DNA from: Longimicrobiales bacterium
Lineage (GTDB): Bacteria; Gemmatimonadota; Gemmatimonadetes; Longimicrobiales; Gaopeijiaceae
Assembly (NCBI GenBank): GCA_965218295.1
Contig: CBDCKN010000003.1
Location: forward strand, 64,001-128,000
Direction: 5' to 3'
DNA length: 64,000 nt
The translations under genes and the position numbers were made by a program. Positions 50,966-60,392 of the stretch are shown here, one piece after another (position 1 is the stretch's first letter; every line of letters begins with the position of its first letter). The notes below the pieces were generated by a model. That model worked only from the letters and a program-made list of their open reading frames with translations, was not told the origin of the DNA and made no database searches.

Positions 50966-53122
50966 GTCGACTGGAACCTGAACGACGATCACCGGCTGTC
51001 GGTGCGGCACAACTACTCGACGTTCACCAACGACAACGAGTGGAACGGCAACTTCGACTTCGCCTACGGGATCTCCCGGGCCGAGAAGCTCGAGGACGAG
51101 TCCCATTCGTTCGTGAGCGAGCTCCAATCCGTGCTCGGAGACAACACCTTCAACGTGCTGCGGGCGCAGTACGCGAAGGAGACTCGGCCCCGTCAGGCCA
51201 GGGACCTGCGGACGGCCCTGCAGGTGAGCCTCTCGAACAGCCAGCGGATCGAATACGGAGGCTCCTTCGCGGCATTCAACAACCGGCTCGAGGAGACCAA
51301 GTTCCAGGTCGTGGACAACTTCACCCACGTCCTGGGCGACCACACGTTCAAGGTGGGGGGCAACTTCCTCTATTCGCAGTACCTCAATCAATTCCAGAGC
51401 CCGGGCTCACAGAGCGAGGGCGCCGGCGAATTCCGTTTCGCCAACCTGGACGACTTCCGCAGCTTCCGGCCGTCGGCGTACTTCCGTCCCTTCCAGGAAG
51501 GAGGCGGGATCGCGCGGGCCAGGTTCGACGTCATGGAGTGGTCGGCCTACGTGCAGGACGAGTGGCAGGTTTCGCCGAGGCTGACGGCCATCCTGGGCCT
51601 CCGGTACGACCTCCAGTCGTTCCGGGACAGCCCGACGCCCGTGGTCGACGTGGAGCGCACCTTCGGGTTCCAGACCGGATTCGCACCCACCGACGACAAC
51701 AACATCTCCCCGCGGGTTTCCATCGCGTATGACGTCGACGGTGATGGCCGACGTGTGATCCGTGCGGGAGCGGGCCTCTTCTACGGAATCGTGCCGGGGG
51801 TCGTGGGGGGGAACGTCCTCCAGACCGAGCGCCCCCTCCTCGAGGTGATCTGTAACGGCTCCATCCTGGATGGCGACCCCGACGCTCCACCGTCCCCGCA
51901 GGGCTTCAGCGGCTGGGGCATAGACGGTTTCGACAATCCCATCACCTGTGCAGATGCCGGTGCCGGCGGGGTTCCTGTGTACACGCTCTGGAGCGAAAGC
52001 TTCGAGCTCCCCGAGCACTTCAAGGCCAACGTGGGATTCGAGACCCTGATCGGGGACCGGACCCAGCTCTCGGTGGACCTCATCTTCAGCCAGAGCAACA
52101 GCCTCTACACGGTTCGCAACCTCAACCTCCGCGAGCCCCAGTTCACGCTGGACGGCGAGGCCGGCCGCCGGATCTTCAGCCCCGCAACCGAGTTCGACCC
52201 GACTCAAGCAAACAGCACAGCCTCTCGCCGAAACCTCGAGTTCGGCGACGTCCTGGTGAACTTCAACGACGGTCGAGCACGGGCCTGGAACCTCACCGCC
52301 AACGCCAGGCAAAAGGTCAACGACAACTTCCAGCTCCAGGGCTCCTATACCTGGACCCGGGCCTGGGACAACTCGCCGTACACCTGCTGCACTGCGAGTG
52401 GGGGTTACTCAGACACCAGTATCGGCATCTTCGGCCCAAACGACGTCGGCGGGATCGGCGACTTCGACAGGGGATGGGGCCGTAGCAGCTTCTCCCGCGA
52501 GCACACCTTTGTCTTTCCCAGCTTCATTAATTTCCCCTGGGGGATCCAGGCCAGTGCGATCCTCCGGAGCCAGAGCGGCCGCCCGTGGTCGCCCGTGGGT
52601 GACGACGACCTGAATGGTGACGGAGTCCGGTTCAACGACCGGCTATTTGTCTTCAGCGCCGCGAATCTCCCGACCGACGACGAGGAGGACCGGGACGTGT
52701 ACCGATCGATCTTGCGGGAGTACAGCTGCATCGGCGACTTCCAAGGCAGGATCCTGGAGCGGAACACGTGCCGCTTCCCCTGGACGCACGAGCTGAACAT
52801 GAGGCTCTCCAAGGGGTTCGAATTCCAGAGCTCCCAGAGGCTCGAGGTGCAGGTGGACCTGTTCAACGTCCTGAACGGGATCGGCCAGCTATTCTGCGAC
52901 GCATCGGCGGCTGACGCCGACTTCACGTCGGGCTTCTGTGGGCTCGGCCGCTGGACGGGCGTCTTCGGAGCCGACACGGACTTGCTCGCGCCTGCCCGGT
53001 TCGATGCGGCGGGCCAGCGGATCGTCTACGGCGTGAACAACACCTTCGGAACCGAGGGCCTGCTGGGGAACAACCTAGTCCTCCAGTTCCAACTCCAGCT
53101 CGGGCTTCGGTACTACTTCTGA
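50966..53122 (+). pseudogene. TonB-dependent (Oar-like) receptor, barrel only; 5' part missing
   Basis: VDWNLNDDHRLSVRHNY, AYVQDEW, GLRYD, NNISPRV, QLGLRYYF. In-frame TGA at 50948 and no signal or plug region upstream. Confidence 0.8.
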
Positions 53123-55374
53123 GGCCGCTCCACTCGACGTCGCTGTGTCGGTCGCGGGTGGCGGGCAGTCCTAGCCCGCCACCCGCTCTGCGCAGAAATA
53201 CCCGCCCGTCGTGCGCCCCCGGGCCCCGCTGGTCCAGGCCCCGTTGGTCCGGTGAAGTGGGTATCGACGCCGGGACTGGATGGAAGCGAAGGGTTCTGGA
53301 TGAGCCCCAGCTCGCCCCAGAGGGTCCCGATCCCGAGCACGTGCCCCATCTCGTGGAGGACCACCGTCATCATCTCGTTGTTCACCTCGAGGAACGGCAG
53401 GTCCGCCACGTCGAACTGCATGGACCCGACGATAGGCAGGGAGCTGCCGAGTCGAATCAGGCACGGACCAGCCTCGGCAAGGACGCCGAACGGACCGTCG
53501 ATGGTGACTATGTCGACGTAGATCCGCAAGTCGTCGACGTCGTCGTCGATGAGGGGCTGGCCCTCGATACATCCGTCCGCCGCGATAGGGCTCGTGGCGA
53601 AGTTGACATCGGGCAGGTCGTTCTGGATGAAGCTCTCCCAGCGGACCTCGGCCGCCGTAAACACCGCATTCTGGGTGGCGGTTCCGCTCTTGATGAACAC
53701 CAGCTCGATGTCGAAGGCACCCGCCGTGCTCTCCGTGGTCGACGCGAGGAGCGACACGCCCGAGTAGTCGGCGAAGCCGTGCACGGCGATGTGATACGTT
53801 CCGGGAGTCGGGCTCGGGATCGCACACGACTCCGCAGTCGTCGAACCGGCGGACGCACAGTCGTAGTCGGCGAGCAGGCTCGGGCGCTCGCCGAAGTGCA
53901 CGTAGAGGTCCGCATTTCCGGTGCCGCCGGACAAGGTCACGTCCAGTGAGGCGACCGGCGCCAGAGTCGGCGCCCGCAAAGGCGCTTGAGCAGCGACAGG
54001 CACTTCCACGGTGAAGAAGGTCATGCTGCCGGCGGCGCCGGCGAGGTTGGGCACCGGGGTCCCTGCCTCGAGCGCTGTGGCCTGGACCGCCGTGATCTGG
54101 AGCTCCGAGCTGTTGTTGGACTCGTCGGACTCCGGGATGTCTCCGCCCGGGTCCGCCACAAGTCGGAAGGTGTGACCACCTTCGGTCAGAGGTCCCAGGT
54201 CGGAGAACGACAGTAGGGCGAGGCCGCCGGGATCGAGGGGCCCGACGGCGGCGTTACCGACGACGGTGCCGTCCAGCTCGAGCTGCACGTTGAAGCCTGC
54301 TCCGGTGGGCCCGTCGCCCAGATTGGCCACGCTAGCCTGGAGATTCACCGTCTGTTCCAAGGTCGGGCTCGTGGGGCTGGCAGTGAGGGCGCTTACGGCC
54401 AGATCGGGAATCCCCAAGGAGGTGGCCGTGAACGTCACCGGATCCAGTCCATCGACCGTGGCGGTGAGCGTGTTGGCCCCCAGTATCAGCCCCACGGTCC
54501 AGACGGTTTGGGCCGAGCCATCCGAGCCGGTCTGGACCGTTGTCGCGTCGACGGAGCCGAAGCCGCCGGTCACCGCGAAGGCGACCGTCCCGTCAGGCAC
54601 TCCGTTTGCGAACTCGTCCACCAAGCGAACGACCACCGGGTTCGCAAGGGCAGTCCCCCTGCTGGCGACCTGTCCGTCACCGGACACCATGAGCAGCTCG
54701 GTCGCCGGCCCCGGGCTCGCCGTGGCCGAGAAGGTCGCGTCACCGCCGGTCACTCCCACGATCGATGCCTTGACCTGCTGAACGCCGGCGCCGGTGCCCA
54801 GGGTCCACGCCGACGACGCTGTCCCCTGGGCGTCGGTGGTGACGGACGTCACGGTCACGGAGCCGCCGCCGGTCGATACGCTGAAGGAGATGTCGATGGA
54901 GGGCACAGGAGATCCACCGGCGTCGCTGCTTTGGGCCACCAGCTCGTCTACCAGTGCCGTCCCGACGACGGCGGTCTGTCCATCCCCCGATACGATCGTG
55001 ACCTGGCTGGCCACCTGTTGGACCGTCACCGACACCGTGGCCGAGATCGACCCTGCCGTCCCCCGCACCGTGGTGGCTCCGTTGCCCGTGCCCGTCACGA
55101 CTCCGGTTGCGCTCACGGTAGCCACCGCCGGGTCGTCGCTGCTGGTCCAGGAGACGCTCGTGTTGAAGGGCTGGCCGTTTTGATCGCGCACCGAGGCCGT
55201 CACGCTCCGGGTCTCGCCGAAGAACGTCAGCCCCAGTGAGCTCGGGGTAACCGACATGGATGTGGCCCTGGGGGGCTCCGCCGGGGCCGTCCCGTCTCCC
55301 CCACCGCAGCTCGTGAGGCTCAGTGAAAGAGCTACGGACCAGGGAACAAGCCTTCGGAGAGCGGAGTTTCGCAA
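53113..55374 (-). pseudogene. Surface lipoprotein (Ig-like repeats, CARDB, PPC, leishmanolysin-like zinc peptidase), apparently C-terminally truncated near 53245
   Basis: Lipobox LTSC, WTSS..AVATVS, VSGDGQ repeats, ESDESNN, GNADLYV, HEMGHVLGIG. After DTHFTGP the frame becomes low complexity and runs through the hairpin. Start uncertain. Confidence 0.75.
53154..53186. terminator. Strong hairpin between convergent genes
   Basis: GCGGGTGGCGGGC-AGTCCTA-GCCCGCCACCCGC. Confidence 0.6.
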
Positions 55375-55377
55375 GTC

Positions 55378-55413
55378 GGGGATCCTTAGAGTGTGGGGGA
55401 TCCTTAGAGTGTG
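55378..55413. repeat. Perfect 18-nt tandem duplication GGGGATCCTTAGAGTGTG
   Basis: Copies at 55378-55395 and 55396-55413. Confidence 0.9.
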
Positions 55414-55575
55414 AAGGACAGTGTGAAAGCCCCCGGCGCCAGGGTGGGGCTGGAAACGACTATCAGTTAACGCCGACGCTCGCTTCGAGTCAATTCGCGA
55501 GCCACCCGCTTTCGGTAGCCGCCCCGCCTGCAAGAATGGCTGTCCCGCAGTTACGACTGCGACTAGAATGCCACC

Positions 55576-56295
55576 ATGCCCTATCTGATGCTTCAGAGTG
55601 CCGGCCTCTCGGAGAGCCTCTCCCAGAGCCCGCTCCTGTCGCTGGCGACGCTGTTCGGCGCCGGCGTCCTGACCAGCCTGACACCCTGCATCTATCCGAT
55701 GATCCCGATCACCGCGTCGATACTGGCAGGTACGGCGGAACAGGACGCTCCGAGGTCCAGGGTCGTGGGCCTCACGCTCACCTACGTAATGGGCCTGGCC
55801 CTGCTCTATGCCACGGCGGGTCTCATCGCCGGCCTGACGGGTACCCTGTTCGGGACGATCAGCGCCAGCCCCTGGACCCGCTTCGCCATCGGTAACCTGC
55901 TTCTGGTGTTCGGGTTGGTGATGTTCGACATCATCCCGGTTTCCGCTCCAAAGCGCTGGCTCGAATGGGCCGGTGGCTTGGGAGGCGGGTCCTACCCTGC
56001 GGTGTTTCTCCTGGGAGCCACATCGGGGATCGTGGCGGCACCCTGTGGGGCTCCGGCGTTCGCCGTGGTCCTCACCTGGGTGGCGGCCACGCAGGCGGGG
56101 GCGATGGGCTTTCTCTACCTCTTCGTCTTCTCTCTGGGAATGACGGCTCTGCTGGTGGGCGTGGGCCTGTTCTCCGGCTTCGGAGTGGCCCTCCCATCGT
56201 CCGGTGCCTGGATGGTCTGGATCAAACGGGCCGCTGCGGTGATTATGCTGGTGATGGCCGAGTACTACTTCGTACAGGTAGGCATGGTACTGTGA
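55576..56295 (+). CDS. CcdA/DsbD-beta membrane electron transporter
   Basis: SLTPCIYPMIP and VAAPCGAP; about 6 TM. Confidence 0.92.
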   Translation: MPYLMLQSAGLSESLSQSPLLSLATLFGAGVLTSLTPCIYPMIPITASILAGTAEQDAPRSRVVGLTLTYVMGLALLYATAGLIAGLTGTLFGTISASPWTRFAIGNLLLVFGLVMFDIIPVSAPKRWLEWAGGLGGGSYPAVFLLGATSGIVAAPCGAPAFAVVLTWVAATQAGAMGFLYLFVFSLGMTALLVGVGLFSGFGVALPSSGAWMVWIKRAAAVIMLVMAEYYFVQVGMVL

Positions 56296-56855
56296 ACGCG
56301 ATCGATCTCCGCGCCCCGTGGCATCCGTTTACGGATGCCCTTCCCTATTTGGCCCCTACCATGGCACTCGCGATGATCGCGATCCTGCCCGCCGATGCCT
56401 CCGCACAAAAGCGGGGAGAAGTGGGCATCGCCCTGGGCGAGCGACCGGAGCTGGTGGAGATCGAGGACCTGGATGGGAATCCGTTCAAGCTGGCGGACCA
56501 CGTCGGGGAAAAGCCCCTCCTGATCGAGTTCTACGCCCGATGGTGCGAGAACTGCGAGGCGCTCCTGCCGCGGATGATCGACGTGTACGACCGGTACCGG
56601 GACCGGATCGAGTTCCTGGCCATCAGCGTCGCCGTGTCGCAGTCGCCCCGATCGGTCAAGCGAGCACTCGAGGAGCATCCCGTCGACTATGCCACGGTCT
56701 GGGACGAAGGTGGCCGTGCGGTGCGGGCCTTCCTGGCCCCTGCCACGTCCTACATCGTGGTCCTAGACACCGAGGGCGTCGTGACCTATACGGGAGTCGG
56801 ACCGGAACAGGACATCGAGGCGGCGGTCATGACCGCCCTGGAGGGGACCGACTAG
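56292..56855 (+). CDS. Exported TlpA-like thioredoxin
   Basis: FYARWCENC; signal-like segment; GTGA overlap with the ccdA-like stop. Confidence 0.88.
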   Translation: MNAIDLRAPWHPFTDALPYLAPTMALAMIAILPADASAQKRGEVGIALGERPELVEIEDLDGNPFKLADHVGEKPLLIEFYARWCENCEALLPRMIDVYDRYRDRIEFLAISVAVSQSPRSVKRALEEHPVDYATVWDEGGRAVRAFLAPATSYIVVLDTEGVVTYTGVGPEQDIEAAVMTALEGTD

Positions 56856-57448
56856 GGATCCTCCATGCCTTCGTCCAGTGCCGGCGCCACACGGGCGACT
56901 TCGGCTCCGAGCTCCTCGTAGGCCGAGGGGTCGATCCCCCGAAACTGGAGGGCGGTCCACGCGACCCTGCCATCCGGACCGATCACGATCACCGACCGGG
57001 ACGCGATGTTCCCGCTGGAGCGGAGCCCGAGACCATAGGCCTGGGCCACTGCATGACCCTTGTCGTGGGCGAGCAGGACGGGAAAGTCGGCGTCGGCAGC
57101 CCAAGAGGCCAGCTCTTCGGGCGAGTCGTCGCTGATGCCGATGACCGTCACTCCTCGGCCGCCCCGGAATACGCTTGCGTACTGATCACGGTACGCTTCC
57201 ATTTGGATCGTTCAGCCACGCGTTCGCGCTCTGAAGAAGAACGCCAGTACCACCGCCTCTCCCCTCAAATCCGACAAGCGGACCGGATCCTGGAGGATTC
57301 CGTAGCGGGTTGCACCGGGCAGGGAGAAATCCGGCGCCGTCTCACCCACGGCAATGAGGGTGGATTCTTGGTCCTGCGCGGCCGTGGGTTGGGCGAAAGC
57401 GAGTCCCAAGGAAATGACGAAGACGAATGCAGTACAGCGTAGTCGCAT
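56852..57448 (-). CDS. Exported peroxiredoxin-like (BCP/AhpC-TSA) selenoprotein, Sec at UGA 57212-57214 (198 aa)
   Basis: Two track ORFs are in frame across one TGA: GETAPDFSL...AFFFRARTRG-U-TIQMEAY...IGISDD...ASRSVIVIGPDG. The TGA sits at the peroxidatic TxxC position. Confidence 0.9.
57177..57196 (-). promoter_or_regulatory. Putative bacterial SECIS hairpin
   Basis: GCGTAC-CGTGATCA-GTACGC starting 15 nt after the UGA; G in loop position 2. Confidence 0.7.
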
Positions 57449-57512
57449 CGGGAGCCCTCCTTCTCGTCGGTGCCAGGACCCTACGTGAGGCCCCAGTATA
57501 CGCACACACACC

Positions 57513-58268
57513 ATGACGCGCATTACTCTCGTTCTCATACTGGCCACCTCGGGCGTCCTCTCCGTCATCCGACTGAGCGCCCAAGTGCCGTCGGCGCCGG
57601 GCCCTGCGGACGGTGTCGTCGCCTCCAGCTTCGCCGCGGAATCCGGCCAAGGCGCCGGCGCCATGGAGGACGCCATCGTGGAGGAGCACAACCGCGCCCG
57701 CCAGGACCCGAAGGGGTACGCAGCCGACCTCGAGGCCCTGAGGAGGCAGTTCGACGGCAGGCTGCTCCGCTTCCCCGGGGAGCCGAGCATCCTCACGCGG
57801 GAAGGGGTGGCAGCTGTAGACGATGCCATCGACTACCTGAGAGACGCAGATCCGCTTCCGGCCCTCATCTCGTCCGAAGGCATGTCGCAGGCAGCCGAGG
57901 ACCACGTCCGTGACCAGGGCCCGAAGGGCGCCACTGGGCACGACGGGAGCGACGGCTCCAAGCCCTGGGACCGGGTCGGCCGCTATGGCACCTGGGACGT
58001 GGTGGTCGGTGAGAACCTCTCTTACAGACCCGCCCGGGCGCGGCGGGTTGTCATGGGCCTCATCATCGACGACGACGTGCCCGACCGTGGCCACCGCAAG
58101 AACATCTTCAGCGACGAGTTCCGGTTCATCGGTGTCGCCTGCGGCCCCCACCGGACTTTCCGCACCATGTGCACCATCGACTATGCCGCGGACTTCACCG
58201 AGGACTTGGACTCCTCCAGCTTCGGAGATGGCGAGGGGGCCCGCGACGACCCCCCGGCCTTCAGGTGA
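57513..58268 (+). CDS. Exported CAP/SCP-domain protein
   Basis: EHNRARQDP, GHDGSDGS, GENLSY, LIIDDDVPDRGHRKNIF, GVACGPH. Confidence 0.9.
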   Translation: MTRITLVLILATSGVLSVIRLSAQVPSAPGPADGVVASSFAAESGQGAGAMEDAIVEEHNRARQDPKGYAADLEALRRQFDGRLLRFPGEPSILTREGVAAVDDAIDYLRDADPLPALISSEGMSQAAEDHVRDQGPKGATGHDGSDGSKPWDRVGRYGTWDVVVGENLSYRPARARRVVMGLIIDDDVPDRGHRKNIFSDEFRFIGVACGPHRTFRTMCTIDYAADFTEDLDSSSFGDGEGARDDPPAFR

Positions 58269-58370
58269 CGGCTCGAGGGGACGACCCTCCGACCCCTTTG
58301 TCAGCGACCCTCCTCCTGGACACGGGTCTGCGAGTAACGCCACGTGCCGGGCACAGTGCTCCCGTCGGCG

Positions 58371-59015
58371 TCAGTTGATGGCGAAGCAGTAGAAGAGGCC
58401 GTCGCCGCCGGTGCCCTGGAGGTTCTCCTGGCTGCAGCCCCTGGAGGCGTGCGCGGAGTTCCAGGACGTGGGGTTCGCGCCGCCACCCTGACGGTCGTGA
58501 TGGCCAACCAGCGCACTACCCTCTCCATGGCTGGTCCAGTTGGAGCAGGTCGTGTCGTCTCCGGCTGAAGCCGCTGTGCCATCCATTTGAGAGCCCGTGA
58601 TGATGTCGTGGCGGTTGGGGCTATCGCCCCGGCCGTTGATCGTCAAACCCATTTCCGAGAGCTGGGTCTCCTTGGTGAGGTTGTTCGAGTCGCTGTGCAG
58701 GTTCGCCACGTTGTCTGCGATCCGGACGCCACGGGAGTTGTACCACGGGCCGTCACCGATACGGTCTCGTGCGTCGACCCCACCCCCTCCGGTGGTGCTC
58801 AGGTAGGCCCGCCACGTGCGTTCTTCATCGCCGCCCACGGCCCGAGCAAGCATCCGGCAGTACCGGTCCGCGCCCTCGAGACCACCCAGGTCGGCTCCGT
58901 TTCCGGGACCCGTGCTCGTAAGGAAGAAGCTCATGGCGGGCTCTTGAACGGACCTCGGGCTCGAGCCCAGCAAGACCAGCGGAACGGCGGCTAGAAGAAA
59001 TCGCATCTTGCTCAT
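58371..59015 (-). CDS. Exported C-type-lectin/endostatin-like protein
   Basis: DLGGLEGADRYC, WRAYLST, HDIITGS, TCSNWTS, SWNSAH, LFYCFA. Confidence 0.85.
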   Translation of the reverse strand: MSKMRFLLAAVPLVLLGSSPRSVQEPAMSFFLTSTGPGNGADLGGLEGADRYCRMLARAVGGDEERTWRAYLSTTGGGGVDARDRIGDGPWYNSRGVRIADNVANLHSDSNNLTKETQLSEMGLTINGRGDSPNRHDIITGSQMDGTAASAGDDTTCSNWTSHGEGSALVGHHDRQGGGANPTSWNSAHASRGCSQENLQGTGGDGLFYCFAIN

Positions 59016-59216
59016 GTCGGCTCTCCTCTCGTTTGTGACGTCAGGCGCCCAGTATACGAGCAACCTGGCTGAAAAAGAAATAGTGGGTGCCGGGTGTGGG
59101 GGGAGCTCCCGGACGGAGGACGTGGGGTTCGACGAGCGCGGTGTATCCGTCTCCCGACGGCAACATCATCTGAGTCGGAGAGCGGTGCGGCGTCGACGCG
59201 CATTCGACCTAACGCT

Positions 59217-60212
59217 CTACTCCAGCACCAGAACTCCCGTTCCACTGATGCGCGAGTGCTTCACGTCTTGAAGCGCCCGGTTGGCATCTCCCAGATCGTA
59301 CGTCGTCACGTGGGGACGGACGCCCGCCGACACCGCCTCTTCGAGGAGTCGACGACCATCGTCCCGGGTATTGGCCTCGACCGATCGGATCTGCTTCTCG
59401 TGGAAGAGGTGCGCCTCGTATTCCATCGGTGGCACGTCACTCAGATGGACCCCCGCAATGGACAGCGTGCCTCCTCGCTCGAGTGCGGCCATGACAGGCG
59501 GTACCAGATGCCCCACCGGCGCGAAGAGCACAGCGCTATCCATCTTCACGGGCAAGTCCCGGAGATCGTTTCCGGCCCATCCCGCCCCCATCTCGAGGGC
59601 GTGCCTCACGTGGTTGTCGCTGCGCGTGACCACGAAGACTTCATGGCCCCGACCAAGGGCGAGCTGAAGAACGATGTGGGCGGACGATCCGAAGCCCACG
59701 AGCAGGAGCCTTCCTCCCTCTGGCACCTCCGCCCGCTCGAGGGCCCGGTATCCCACTAGGCCCGCGCAAAGGAGGGGCGCCCCGGACACGTCGTCGAAAC
59801 CCTCTGGAAGGTCGTAGGCGAACGCCTCCGGCACCGTGGCAAAGTCCGCGTATCCGCCGTCGGCATGATATCCCGTGTATCGAGAATCTTCGCAGAGGTT
59901 TTCCCGCCCGCCCCGGCAGAATCGACACGTTCCGTCGGTCTCACGAAGCCAGGCGATTCCGACGCGCATCCCGGGCTCCAATCGGGTGCAGCCCTGCCCT
60001 ACCTGGTCCACGATACCCACCACCTGGTGCCCGGGTATCACCGGCCTTTTCCGCTCCGGAAGATCACCTTCGATGACGTGGAGGTCGGTCCGGCAGACCG
60101 CACAAGCACGGACTCGGACCTCGCCGAGTCCCGGGCTCGGATCGTCCACGTCACGGAGGTGGAGTGGATCACTATCGATGTCGCCGGTTGTCTCCAGGAC
60201 GGCTGCGCGCAT
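59217..60212 (-). CDS. Zinc-dependent alcohol dehydrogenase family protein
   Basis: CRTDLH, PGHQVVG, CRFC...ENLC, PLLCAG, GFGSSAH. Confidence 0.92.
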   Translation of the reverse strand: MRAAVLETTGDIDSDPLHLRDVDDPSPGLGEVRVRACAVCRTDLHVIEGDLPERKRPVIPGHQVVGIVDQVGQGCTRLEPGMRVGIAWLRETDGTCRFCRGGRENLCEDSRYTGYHADGGYADFATVPEAFAYDLPEGFDDVSGAPLLCAGLVGYRALERAEVPEGGRLLLVGFGSSAHIVLQLALGRGHEVFVVTRSDNHVRHALEMGAGWAGNDLRDLPVKMDSAVLFAPVGHLVPPVMAALERGGTLSIAGVHLSDVPPMEYEAHLFHEKQIRSVEANTRDDGRRLLEEAVSAGVRPHVTTYDLGDANRALQDVKHSRISGTGVLVLE

Positions 60213-60392
60213 GTTCCGACCCCTGTTAGAGGAGGGCGTGAACGGCCCTTCGGGAACATGTATCGACCGCGGTGCGGCTTCAATCCTCCGTCGTACGGTC
60301 GAACCTCCGAGCCTTCGCCGCTCGTATGGACTCTGGCGCAAGCGGGCCTCCTTTTCGAGATTGAGGGCCCCATTCCCTAGGAGACACGACAG

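Noticed and set aside
57212..57214. Nonsense mutation or pseudogene in the peroxiredoxin
   Set aside because: The stop is TGA exactly at the catalytic Cys position with a downstream hairpin, so selenocysteine is the better explanation.
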